Position numbers and translations under genes: made by a program. Shown piece after piece: positions 27,089-36,113 of a stretch of DNA of 64,000 nt (its first letter is position 1; each line of letters opens with the position of its first letter). The notes under the pieces are model-generated. The model searched no databases and had not been told where the DNA came from. It worked only from the letters and a program-made list of their open reading frames with translations. The stretch covers positions 30,531 through 94,530 of the forward strand of contig CAZNFQ010000001.1 in assembly GCA_964571965.1 (NCBI GenBank). Reading direction: 5' to 3'. Source of the DNA: an uncultured bacterium (GTDB lineage Bacteria; Fermentibacterota; Fermentibacteria; Fermentibacterales; JCC-6).

Positions 27089-28747
27089 CTATGCCGGTTT
27101 CACCGACTGATATGCTTCCTCGAGGGATGGGTTCTCCATTGTACACATGTAATCGAGAACATAACCTGCCCCCTTTGCCGTAACACCCTTCCCTGAGAGC
27201 CGGAGAATGGAATCCCGTATGATTTCTTCACCCAGGGTTTCCATCCAGTCTATGCCCTTCCGTCTTGAACCCCTCATGTGGTCCGCAAGAAGGCTTGCCA
27301 GCGGCGCCGGTTTCATGTCAACCTTCTTGATCAGAGAATCATAAAGATCACACAGCTCAAGATTCAGAAGCCTGTCCATGAGGTGTTCGCTGAGTCCGAG
27401 ACGCCTGTAAACGGTGCGTCTTTCCCAGGGTTTCAGCGGCAGAAGCTTTTCAAGTTTTGTGAATGTGTCAGGGGGAATGGGCTGGGGCGGAAGATCCGTA
27501 TCGGGATACATCCTGTCCGCCCCGGGAAGTATTCTCTCGAAATCGGTTGTACCGTCCAACTTAGCCTGCCGGGTCTCCGGCGGAATACCCTGGAAGGCTT
27601 CCTGTATCCTTATGCAGATCTCCTTCGCCGCAGTTATGAGATCCTCATCGGGTCCTGTGAAAAGAACCGCTGTATCCTCGTTGCTCAGGCCCATTTCCAT
27701 CCTCAGGGCCCGGTCTGCTTCCTCTACGAAGGGGTGGTCTTCAAGACAGGCTATGACCCTTACCCTGCCTCGTATCTCATCGAGGAATGTTTTGCCGGGC
27801 TGTGTGGGGTGGGTGAGATATCTGCTGAAACCGGGGAGAGTCATGAGAGCGGTCTTTTTCCCATCAGTGGCGTCTTCAGTGGGAAGTACCTTGAACCTCG
27901 GCTTGAAGAGCTCAGGTTCCAGGTTCGAATGTCTGAGCTGGTGCCGCAGGTCGAGAAGCGCTTTCTGTCTGTAGGCTTCAATACGGGAAAGGGGTTCTAT
28001 CATGGATATCCTGGGAACACCCTTGATCTCTATTCGTGTTCCTCCCTTTATGGAAACGTTCACGTCCTGCCTTACGGAGCCGATACCCCTGCGAACCAGG
28101 TGGGTTGACCGCATGGTCTCTCCAACCAGTTTTGCGGCCAGTGCCATTTCAAGAGGGGTGAGGAGTTCCGGAGCGGTTACAGGTTCCACCAGGGGTATGG
28201 AGAGTCTGTCCGTGCGGAAAACCACATGATGACCTATGTCGGATACTTCCCGGCAGGCGTCTTCCTCGAGGCTCATCTGAACGAAGTGAAGATCTCTCCC
28301 GAGAAAGGGAATAACCCCGTTGACCCCCACTATTGCAGTTCTCTGGAAACCGGTGGGAATGGAGCCGTCCAGGTACTGCTTTCTGGTTATGTGCAATTCG
28401 TCCACTAGGGACATATTGAACATCATTGCAAGCTGAAGTGCGGCGTTCACCGCTTCAGGATTGGTCTGAAAGGGAGGGGTGTCATCCATTTCGTACGTAC
28501 ACACGGAATCATTGTACAGAAGATAATGAACCTGTTTCTTCGTTTTGAATTCCATGAGAGCGGTTCCGTCGTATTCGCCGAACTCGCTCAGAGTAGGTCT
28601 CATGTGCCTGAGAAGCTCCTGGTTGTGCCTGTCGTTCCTGATCCTTGCCGGACACCTGCAGAAAAGCTTTCCCGGGGTGTCAAGCTGCTGATGTGTTTCC
28701 AGGCCTCCTTTGAAGCCGAGATCACGAAGTTCGGTATAGTTACGCAA
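27089..28747 (-). CDS. gatE: Archaeal-type Glu-tRNA(Gln) amidotransferase subunit E homolog (GatE-like)
   Basis: GLETHQQLDTPGKLFCRCP, MRPTLSEFGEYD, VCTYEMDDTPPF, RKQYLDGSIPTGFQRT, SLEEDACR, VFRTDRLSIPLVE, GIGSVRQDVNVSIKGGTRIEIKGV and GIPPETRQAKLDGTTDFERILPGADRMYPDTD follow the GatE (not GatB) motif order. I prefer TTG 28747 (RNYTELRDLGFKGGLE..., AAAGGAA 5 nt upstream). The ORF-track start is TTG 28834. Confidence 0.8.
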   Translation of the reverse strand: MRNYTELRDLGFKGGLETHQQLDTPGKLFCRCPARIRNDRHNQELLRHMRPTLSEFGEYDGTALMEFKTKKQVHYLLYNDSVCTYEMDDTPPFQTNPEAVNAALQLAMMFNMSLVDELHITRKQYLDGSIPTGFQRTAIVGVNGVIPFLGRDLHFVQMSLEEDACREVSDIGHHVVFRTDRLSIPLVEPVTAPELLTPLEMALAAKLVGETMRSTHLVRRGIGSVRQDVNVSIKGGTRIEIKGVPRISMIEPLSRIEAYRQKALLDLRHQLRHSNLEPELFKPRFKVLPTEDATDGKKTALMTLPGFSRYLTHPTQPGKTFLDEIRGRVRVIACLEDHPFVEEADRALRMEMGLSNEDTAVLFTGPDEDLITAAKEICIRIQEAFQGIPPETRQAKLDGTTDFERILPGADRMYPDTDLPPQPIPPDTFTKLEKLLPLKPWERRTVYRRLGLSEHLMDRLLNLELCDLYDSLIKKVDMKPAPLASLLADHMRGSRRKGIDWMETLGEEIIRDSILRLSGKGVTAKGAGYVLDYMCTMENPSLEEAYQSVKPA

Positions 28748-28801
28748 ATCGGTTCCTTTCGCGTATGTGAAAAGCGGAGAAGTGCTGTTTTTACAACCGG
28801 C

Positions 28802-28830
28802 AAAATAACGATTCCAGCTCTCCGGGTAAA
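28802..28830 (-). promoter_or_regulatory. Candidate promoter for the gatE-like operon
   Basis: The reverse strand reads TTTACC (28830-25), 17 nt, TATTTT (28807-02), about 50 nt upstream of TTG 28747. Weak hexamers. Confidence 0.25.
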
Positions 28831-28842
28831 CCAAGGAAACTA

Positions 28843-28871
28843 TTGACCGGGGGATATGCCCATGATATTAT
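28843..28871 (+). promoter_or_regulatory. Sigma-70-type promoter upstream of hpf
   Basis: TTGACC (28843-48), exactly 17 nt, TATTAT (28866-71). Predicted TSS near 28878, about 97 nt before the hpf ATG. Confidence 0.45.
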
Positions 28872-28906
28872 CGTAATGTGAAATCGGAAGCATTATTCTT
28901 TCACAG

Positions 28907-28941
28907 CCGCTTTTCCCGTACTACCGGGAGAGGCGGTTTTT
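28907..28941 (+). terminator. Terminator-like hairpin with T5 run inside the hpf leader (attenuator or sRNA 3' end)
   Basis: CCGCTTTTCCCG (28907-18) pairs with CGGGAGAGGCGG (28925-36): 12 bp including 2 G-U pairs, with a 6-nt loop, directly followed by TTTTT (28937-41). It is flanked by a 7-bp outer helix CGGAAGC (28885-91) / GCTTCCG (28948-54). Confidence 0.45.
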
Positions 28942-28974
28942 AATTCGGCTTCCGTTAACATGAAAGGAGTTACC

Positions 28975-29523
28975 ATGAACATCGAGATCAGCGCAAGACA
29001 CTTCGACCTGACTGACGCCCTGAAGGATCATGTGGAGGATAAACTCTCCGTGCTTGCGAAATTCTATGACGGAATTGACGATGTCCATGTTATTCTGGAA
29101 CTCTCTGCAGGTATTAACCGCTCCCACGTTCAGTTGAGAGGCGACAGACTCCGCCTCGATTCCAGAGCAAAGGGACATGATATGTATTTTGCCTTTGACG
29201 ACTGCGCAAACTCCCTTGAGAGGCAGCTCAGAAAATTCAAGGAAACTCATCATGACCATCCAAGAAGACAAAACAATGGCAGGGGATTGTCATCAGGGGC
29301 CTGGTACGTACCGGCGGAACCTTCGGAGCTGCCCGGGCCGGTTCTTTTAAAAGATGACAGCTCCATAAAGAAACTTACAACCAACCAGGCCATGACAGAA
29401 TTCGAGGTGAGCGGTTCCGACGAAAACCTTGTTTTCTTCAACACTGAAACCGACTCCTTCAGTGCTGTCTACAGAACATCCACCGGGGTTTCCCAGGTGG
29501 TAGAACTGGCTCCAAGGGAATAA
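28975..29523 (+). CDS. hpf: Ribosome hibernation promoting factor (long HPF)
   Basis: MNIEISARHFDLTDALKDHVEDKLSVLAKFYDGIDDVHVILE is the HPF/YfiA N-domain, plus a C-terminal extension typical of long HPF. ATG 28975 lies 6 nt after AAAGGAG. Confidence 0.9.
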   Translation: MNIEISARHFDLTDALKDHVEDKLSVLAKFYDGIDDVHVILELSAGINRSHVQLRGDRLRLDSRAKGHDMYFAFDDCANSLERQLRKFKETHHDHPRRQNNGRGLSSGAWYVPAEPSELPGPVLLKDDSSIKKLTTNQAMTEFEVSGSDENLVFFNTETDSFSAVYRTSTGVSQVVELAPRE

Positions 29524-29524
29524 C

Positions 29525-30496
29525 GTGCAGGACAGGTATCCGGATCCGGCGGCACTTACCGTCGGCCTTCTTCACGAAAGGCTGGGAAGCAGGCTGCAGA
29601 TAAGTCCTGCCACAGGTTCAGGGGGGTACAACCGAAGGGTTGTATCCCCCGATATCAGCAGACCGGGACTATGTCTAACCGGGTATAAGCGGAATTTCCT
29701 CCACGACAGGATACAGATATTCGGAGAAACGGAGATCACCCTTCTGGAATCGCTTAACCTCGATGAAAGAGTTAAGGCCATTGCGAATGTGTTCAGCTTC
29801 CCGGTTGTCTGCAGCATGGTAACCAAGGGTTTCGCTCCCCCTCCGGAGCTTCTGGAAGCGGCTTCCGCGGCAAATTCCGCCCTTTTTCTATCTCCCAGGG
29901 ATACCACCCCTCTCATACACGATCTGACAGATTTTCTTGGAGAGGTCTTTGCTCCCCACGTTTCCCTGCATGCCACTCTGGTGGATCTTTTCGGAGAGGG
30001 CCTTCTGGTGATGGGAAGAAGCGCAATTGGAAAGAGCGAGGCTGTTCTGGGGCTGGTTGAAAGGGGACACAGACTGGTGGCCGATGACCTGGTCAGGGTA
30101 CGTCGTGCCGGAGACAGGCTCATTGGCACCGGAGACGCCCTTATAGGATTTCACATGGAGATAAGAGGAATTGGCTTCGTGAACATTGCCGAACTGTTCG
30201 GTGTTGGAGCCACCAAGGAAAGGCAAACGGTAGATCTTGCAGTCAGGCTGATCGATGCCGGCATTGTGGATGAAGCGGACAGGTCGGGGCTTGATGAGAA
30301 GACAATGAATATACTAGGGGTTGACGTACCACTTGTGGAAATTCCGGTTCTTCCTGGAAGAAACATCACCCTTCTTCTCGAAGTGGCTGCTATGATGAAC
30401 ATACAGGCGAAGAACACCGGGTGCACATCCGCGGAGAGGCTGAACAGAAAACTGATCTCCAGGATGGGCATTAATGGACCGAGGGAAGAAACATGA
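29525..30496 (+). CDS. hprK: HPr kinase/phosphorylase
   Basis: Walker A-like GLLVMGRSAIGKSEAVLGLVERGHRLVADD, then HMEIRGIGFVNI. GTG start 1 nt after the hpf stop. Confidence 0.92.
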   Translation: MQDRYPDPAALTVGLLHERLGSRLQISPATGSGGYNRRVVSPDISRPGLCLTGYKRNFLHDRIQIFGETEITLLESLNLDERVKAIANVFSFPVVCSMVTKGFAPPPELLEAASAANSALFLSPRDTTPLIHDLTDFLGEVFAPHVSLHATLVDLFGEGLLVMGRSAIGKSEAVLGLVERGHRLVADDLVRVRRAGDRLIGTGDALIGFHMEIRGIGFVNIAELFGVGATKERQTVDLAVRLIDAGIVDEADRSGLDEKTMNILGVDVPLVEIPVLPGRNITLLLEVAAMMNIQAKNTGCTSAERLNRKLISRMGINGPREET

Positions 30497-30765
30497 TCGA
30501 AATCACCGTATCCGTTCCCAACAAACTTGGGATTCATGCCAGGCCTGCAGCCCTTATAGTCAGGGCTGCGGTGGAGTACGAATCCGATATATGGCTCTCC
30601 AACGGCGAAGAGAAAGTAAACGCGAAGAGCATCATGGGCGTAATGACCCTGGCAGCCTCCGGGGGAACTCCCGTGGTGGTCACAGCCGAAGGTGAAGATA
30701 GCAGTGAAGCCGCCGCCGCCGTCGCGGATGTGATAAGATCCGGTTTCGGTGAAGAGATGCTCTGA
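30493..30765 (+). CDS. ptsH: Phosphocarrier protein HPr
   Basis: 90 aa. The His-15 context NKLGIHARPAA and Ser-46 context NAKSIMGVMTL are both present. Confidence 0.93.
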   Translation: MIEITVSVPNKLGIHARPAALIVRAAVEYESDIWLSNGEEKVNAKSIMGVMTLAASGGTPVVVTAEGEDSSEAAAAVADVIRSGFGEEML

Positions 30766-32528
30766 TGCTTTACAGGGGAATACCCGCCTCCCACGGCATC
30801 GCCATAGGTAAAGCCTTCCTACTGAAGGTTCACGATTTCCAGCAGCACAAGAAGGAACTGGGGTCGCTGGAAGAGGCCGAAAAAGAGGTGCACAGGTTCA
30901 GGCAGGCTTTAGCGGATGTGAAGCATGATCTGGAGAACATTGCCGATTCCGTGGCCGACGTGGTAGAGGGACGTCAGATCCTGGATTTCCTGCTACTGCT
31001 CCTTCAGGATCCCATGATCATCAAAGAAGTGGAAGGGAAGATCCTGGGAGACAGGGTGAACGCCGAATACGCAGTGAGCAGTGCCCTGGGTTCAGTTGCT
31101 GACAAATTCAACGTGATGAAAGACCCTTACATAAGAGAAAGGGTAGTCGACGTTAAAGACGTTGGCAGAAGGGTTATTTTCAAGCTTACCGGTACCGATC
31201 GGGAATCCCTTGAAGAGCTTTCAAGCCCTGTGGTCCTTGTTGCTACGGACCTCGACCCCTCAGAAACAGCCGCCTTAAGGCCAGATCAGGTACTGGCATT
31301 CGTAACGGACATGGGAGGAATGACATCCCATACCACCATTCTGGCAAAGGGGCTGGGAATACCTGCGGTGGTTGGCCTTCAGAACATCACAGAAAACATC
31401 AATTACCTCGACACTATAATTGTCGACGGCATTCACGGTCATGTGATAGTTTCACCCACACCTGATGAAATTGACTACTACGAGGAAGTTAAGCGTAAGT
31501 TCACTGAAGCCGAGAACCTTCTTCAGACCGAGAATACAGGACCTGCCGTAACAGAAGACGGAGTAAGGGTTGAACTGGCGGCAAACATTGAACTTCCACA
31601 TGAGGTTGACCTGGTGAAGAAACTCAGGGCCGACGGAATAGGTCTTTTCAGAACAGAGTTCATCAGGCTTCTTCAGAAAAACGGTGAAAACGAAGAGGAC
31701 CATTTCGAAGTTTACGACAAGGTTGCCGAGGTGATGGCCCCCAAGACCGTAATAGTAAGAACTTATGACATGGGCGGAGACAAGTTCAGGGCCGGTTTCG
31801 ATCAGATACGGGAAGCCAATCCCTTCCTCGGCTACAGAGCGGTGCGGATCTGTCTTGACAGACCTGCTGAGTTCTCCCTGCAGCTTCGGGCCATACTGAG
31901 AGCCTCCACCAGAGGAAACGTGAAGCTGATGTTCCCCATGGTCACCCATGTGGATCAGCTGAGAAGGCTACGGGATATGCTGACCATGGTACAGAACGAC
32001 CTTAAGGACAGGGGAATACCCTTCCACAGGGAAATGAAAGTCGGAATTATGGTGGAAACACCGGCAACGGTGATTACACTGGATCTGATGCTTCCATATG
32101 TTGATTTCGTTTCCATTGGAACCAACGATCTTACCCAGTACACCCTTGCTGTGGACAGGGGCAATCCAAGGGTTGCTGATCTATACGATTACTTCCATCC
32201 CGCGGTACTGAGACAGATCGACCAGGTGGTCAGAACATGCCATGCAGCAGGTAAGTGGACGGGTATATGCGGGTCCATGGCCGGTGATCCTCTGGCTGTT
32301 CCTCTGCTTCTTGGTTTCGGACTTGACGAGCTGAGCGTGCCCCCCTCTCTGATTCCCGATGTGAAGAAGATGATAGGTGTGGTGACAAGCCACGGTGCCC
32401 GGGAACTGGCCGAGAAATCCCTTGATCTGGAGACCGGTCTCAGGGTCCGGGCCCTTGTTCATTCTTATGTGGTAGGTAAATACCCTGAAATTCTCCTCAA
32501 CGAAAATTCCTGGAAAACAGGAGGCTGA
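30765..32528 (+). CDS. ptsI: Phosphoenolpyruvate-protein phosphotransferase (Enzyme I)
   Basis: 587 aa. Phospho-His motif GGMTSHTTILAKGLGIPAV. PEP-utilizer C-domain FRTEF... and SIGTNDLTQYTLAVDR. Confidence 0.95.
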   Translation: MLYRGIPASHGIAIGKAFLLKVHDFQQHKKELGSLEEAEKEVHRFRQALADVKHDLENIADSVADVVEGRQILDFLLLLLQDPMIIKEVEGKILGDRVNAEYAVSSALGSVADKFNVMKDPYIRERVVDVKDVGRRVIFKLTGTDRESLEELSSPVVLVATDLDPSETAALRPDQVLAFVTDMGGMTSHTTILAKGLGIPAVVGLQNITENINYLDTIIVDGIHGHVIVSPTPDEIDYYEEVKRKFTEAENLLQTENTGPAVTEDGVRVELAANIELPHEVDLVKKLRADGIGLFRTEFIRLLQKNGENEEDHFEVYDKVAEVMAPKTVIVRTYDMGGDKFRAGFDQIREANPFLGYRAVRICLDRPAEFSLQLRAILRASTRGNVKLMFPMVTHVDQLRRLRDMLTMVQNDLKDRGIPFHREMKVGIMVETPATVITLDLMLPYVDFVSIGTNDLTQYTLAVDRGNPRVADLYDYFHPAVLRQIDQVVRTCHAAGKWTGICGSMAGDPLAVPLLLGFGLDELSVPPSLIPDVKKMIGVVTSHGARELAEKSLDLETGLRVRALVHSYVVGKYPEILLNENSWKTGG

Positions 32529-32533
32529 TTCAT

Positions 32534-33514
32534 ATGCACTGCATTATACCCGCAGCGGGAAAAGGTACCAGGATGCGTCCTCTTACATGGTCCAAAGCCA
32601 AACCTCTTCTTCCAGTTGCCGGCAAACCCATTCTGGCCCATGTGATAGATACGCTTGCAGGTGCCGGAGTGGATCATTTGACCCTGATAACCGGATATCT
32701 CGGGGACGCAGTCATATCATGGGCCAGGAACACCTATCCGGCCATGAAAATCGACTTTGCCGTGCAGGAAAAACCAGACGGCCTTGCTTCAGCCGTACTG
32801 CTCGCAGAGGAATTCGTCACTGATGAACCTACCATGGTAGTTCTTGGAGATACTCTTTTCTCCGCTGACCTTTCCGTTCTTAAAGGAGAAATCAGGAACA
32901 TGATCGTGACCTGCCCGGTTGAAGATCCTTCCCGTTTCGGAGTTGTGGTCATGCAGGGAGAGAATGTGACCAGACTGGTGGAAAAACCTTCAGAGCCCAT
33001 CAGCAACCTTGCCATAGTGGGTGTGTACTATTTCGCAGACGGCTGCAGGCTCATGGACAGCTGCAGGGAACTGAAGAAGGAAAACATCAGGACCAGAGGG
33101 GAATTCCAGCTGACCGATGCCATGCAGCTCATGCTCCAGAGGGGAGAACCCTTCGGAATCCTGGATATAAACAGCTGGTACGACTGCGGTAAGCCTGAAA
33201 CCCTTCTGGAGACGAACCGGGCGCTTCTATCAGCGGGATATTCATCGGGAAACCCTGTTCTGGAAAACTCCACGGTTATACCCCCATGCTGTTTCGGAGA
33301 AGGAACACGGATATCCAATTCCGTGGTGGGCCCCTACTTCTCCTGCGGGAAAAACAGTCTCGTGGAAAACTCCCGTATCTCAGACTCCATAGCTGGAGAC
33401 TCATGCCGGTTCATTAAAGCGGTTGTTTCAGAGTCGGTTACCGGTGAAAGGGTTTCCGTAACGGGAATTTCAGGAAAGCTCTTCCTGGGCGACGACTCAA
33501 TTGTCGAAAACTGA
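32534..33514 (+). CDS. Sugar-1-phosphate nucleotidyltransferase with C-terminal left-handed beta-helix
   Basis: IIPAAGKGTRMRPLTWSKAKPLLPVAGKPIL is the NTP-transferase G-x-G-T-R motif. The C-terminal hexapeptide-like repeats end in ...GDDSIVEN. Confidence 0.85.
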   Translation: MHCIIPAAGKGTRMRPLTWSKAKPLLPVAGKPILAHVIDTLAGAGVDHLTLITGYLGDAVISWARNTYPAMKIDFAVQEKPDGLASAVLLAEEFVTDEPTMVVLGDTLFSADLSVLKGEIRNMIVTCPVEDPSRFGVVVMQGENVTRLVEKPSEPISNLAIVGVYYFADGCRLMDSCRELKKENIRTRGEFQLTDAMQLMLQRGEPFGILDINSWYDCGKPETLLETNRALLSAGYSSGNPVLENSTVIPPCCFGEGTRISNSVVGPYFSCGKNSLVENSRISDSIAGDSCRFIKAVVSESVTGERVSVTGISGKLFLGDDSIVEN

Positions 33515-34523
33515 TCTTTCCGTTGCACTCTACCGTCCCTCTGCCTTCAACTTAGGCGGCACCGGAGTTTATACAAGAAGACTCATGGAAGGTTTCGCAA
33601 CCGCCGGGATAAAAGGTGTAACCCCCGTAGGCGGGTCTCCCGGAGGCGTTGTAAGCAAATTTTTCATGGAGCATTTCTCCATACCGGAAAGGGTGGGGAA
33701 GGGCGGTTATGATCTCCTTCACTTTCCCGCATTCGGGGGCAGGAGCCTTTCAGGAATACCATACTCGGTCACTGTACACGACATGGCTTTCATGGCAAAT
33801 CCCCGCTGGTTCCCACTTCTCCGTTCTCTGTATTACAGGCTTCACTTCCCTAAGACCGCGAAAGGGGCTTCCCTGGTCATCGCAGACAGCGATTTTACCT
33901 CGGATGAGATCCGAAAATATCTGGGGATCGGATCTGTCAGGGTTTATCTGAGTGCTCCTCTGAACAATTCAGATGAGGATCTGTTCAGGAACAGATACGG
34001 GATAAAGGGTAAATACGTGATATACACGGGAACGGTGGAACCCAGGAAAAACCTCTCATCGCTGCTTCGTTCATGGAACATCGTTAGAAAAGTTCATCCT
34101 GCCATGGATCTGGTGATCGCCGGAAGATGGGGGTGGGGTTCTCCCAAAACGAAGACCCTGCTTACTGAAACTTCCGGTGTTAAATGGCTGGGCCCCCTTT
34201 CCAACGCCGAGCTTTCAAGTGCGGTTGCCGGTGCCGTACTGATGGTGTATCCATCCATTTACGAAGGTTTCGGACTTCCCCCCCTCGAGGCTGCGGCGGC
34301 CGGGGTTCCCTTCGTGGCAGGTCCTGCCCGTGCCCTGAGGGAGATATACGGGGATATTGCGGCTGGTTTTTGTGGAAAATCACCCGATTCCATTGCGCAG
34401 ACCATACTTGACGCCCTTGATACCGTATCCCGTTCTGATGAACTCAGGGATTTCGCACGGGGATTCTCCAACAGGACCATGGCGGAAAACACATGGGCTG
34501 CCTACAGGGGGCTTTTCCAGTGA
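33501..34523 (+). CDS. Glycosyltransferase family 4
   Basis: YPSIYEGFGLPPLEAAAAGVPFVAGPARALRE is the GT4 E-x7-E motif. TTG start. Confidence 0.85.
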   Translation: MSKTDLSVALYRPSAFNLGGTGVYTRRLMEGFATAGIKGVTPVGGSPGGVVSKFFMEHFSIPERVGKGGYDLLHFPAFGGRSLSGIPYSVTVHDMAFMANPRWFPLLRSLYYRLHFPKTAKGASLVIADSDFTSDEIRKYLGIGSVRVYLSAPLNNSDEDLFRNRYGIKGKYVIYTGTVEPRKNLSSLLRSWNIVRKVHPAMDLVIAGRWGWGSPKTKTLLTETSGVKWLGPLSNAELSSAVAGAVLMVYPSIYEGFGLPPLEAAAAGVPFVAGPARALREIYGDIAAGFCGKSPDSIAQTILDALDTVSRSDELRDFARGFSNRTMAENTWAAYRGLFQ

Positions 34524-35593
34524 AGATCCTTCAGGTGTACAAGGATGTTTTCCCGGAGGTTGCAGGGGGCATTGAGCGGTATGTCCATGACTTTTCTCTT
34601 TTCCTCACGGCCAGGGGACACCAGGTGGAGATACTGGTGGCCGGAGGGGGAGACAGAACCGTAGGCGGAGTCCCTGTTCACGGTGTTCCGGAACTGTGCC
34701 GTATTCTTTCCAATCCATTGGTGCCCGGTTTCTCCAGGTACCTGAAAAGCACCGGGGCAGACGCAGTGCACTTCCACCTTCCTCTGCCCAGTGCGGTTCT
34801 CGGCTGGCTGGGAACCCCTCGTGATAACCGCAAGCCATGGGTGGTCACATATCACAGCGATATTGTAAGGCAGGCATTTGCCATGCCTTTCTATGCCCCG
34901 TTTCTAACGGGATTTCTCAAAGGAGCTTTCCAGGTGCTGGCAACATCGGAAAATTACCTTAGAACATCCCCATACCTCAAGGGTCTCACAAATGCTTCAG
35001 TGGTTCCCATAGGAGTGGATCCCGCAAGATTCACCCCGGCAATGAATCCATCCCGTGATTTTTTCCTTTTCGTGGGAAGGTTCAGGAAATACAAGGGAAT
35101 ACAAACACTGCTTCACGCCTGGCGTATGCTGGAGGATCCTCCCCGCCTGATAATGGCAGGGGGAGGTAAAATGGAGAAAGAGGTGAAGGAGTTCTCTATA
35201 AAACACCACCTTCCGGTTACCATAAAAAGTAATGTGAGCGACATGGAACTCAATGATCTGTACGGTAATGCCAGGGCTCTTATCCTGCCATCAACACAGC
35301 GCAGTGAGGCATACGGCATGGTGCAGCTGGAAGCCATGGCATGCGGTACTCCGGTTATCAGCAGTGACCTTCCCACAGGCGTATCATGGGTGAACCGTAA
35401 TGGTGAAACAGGTCTTCTGTTTTCCACGGGAAACCCGGAAACCCTTGCGGAAGCAGTGCGCAAACTGAACTCGGACGATGTTTTCATGGACAGTGCGGGA
35501 AAAGCTGCCAGGAAGAGGGCTCTAATGTGTTTCGATTCATCTGTCCTTTTCGGGAAGGTTGAAGAATGTCTTCTAAGAGCAGCAGGGAACTGA
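34520..35593 (+). CDS. Glycosyltransferase family 4
   Basis: VKILQVYKDVFPEVAGGIERYV N-terminus and LPSTQRSEAYGMVQLEAMACGTPVISSD. GTG 34520 overlaps the upstream stop (GTGA). Confidence 0.85.
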   Translation: MKILQVYKDVFPEVAGGIERYVHDFSLFLTARGHQVEILVAGGGDRTVGGVPVHGVPELCRILSNPLVPGFSRYLKSTGADAVHFHLPLPSAVLGWLGTPRDNRKPWVVTYHSDIVRQAFAMPFYAPFLTGFLKGAFQVLATSENYLRTSPYLKGLTNASVVPIGVDPARFTPAMNPSRDFFLFVGRFRKYKGIQTLLHAWRMLEDPPRLIMAGGGKMEKEVKEFSIKHHLPVTIKSNVSDMELNDLYGNARALILPSTQRSEAYGMVQLEAMACGTPVISSDLPTGVSWVNRNGETGLLFSTGNPETLAEAVRKLNSDDVFMDSAGKAARKRALMCFDSSVLFGKVEECLLRAAGN

Positions 35594-36084
35594 CGCTGCT
35601 CATACTCACAGCAGCTGTTCTCGGGGTGATCGACTCAATGATTCCACGACCCCTTCCATTTTTCAGGATCGGGCTTGCAAACATCCCTTCTGTGATCTGC
35701 ATTTTTCGCCTGGGGTGGTTCAGAACCCTGGAGCTCAATACCTCCAGAGCCCTGGCTGTTGCTCTGGTAACCGGAATCATCGGTACTCCCACCTTTATCC
35801 TTTCACTGGCTGGAGCAACCGCCAGTGCAACTGCCATGGCAGGCGTGCACCGGTACTTCCCCGGCGGGGTATCCGCAGTTGGAGTATCCATTTCAGGGGC
35901 TGTTGCATCTTTGTGGGCACAGCTTCTTGCGGCATCTATTATTTTACATGATATACCACTGGGGAACATGGTTCCTGTAATCACCCTGTGGGGAGTGCTC
36001 ACCGGTCTGCTCGTTGGGGTGCTGGCTAAAACCGCACTGTCAAAGCTTTTTGACCATGGAGTATTGCGCAGGGCAGATGGTTAA
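35566..36084 (+). CDS. Gx transporter family membrane protein (heptaprenyl-diphosphate-synthase component I-like fold)
   Basis: IPRPLPFFRIGLANIPSVICIF...ISGAVASLWAQLL... matches the small 5-TM Gx transporter pattern as I recall it. Confidence 0.55.
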   Translation: MSSKSSRELTLLILTAAVLGVIDSMIPRPLPFFRIGLANIPSVICIFRLGWFRTLELNTSRALAVALVTGIIGTPTFILSLAGATASATAMAGVHRYFPGGVSAVGVSISGAVASLWAQLLAASIILHDIPLGNMVPVITLWGVLTGLLVGVLAKTALSKLFDHGVLRRADG

Positions 36085-36113
36085 ATTAAGATAGACTGAT
36101 TGGAAGGAAGAAA

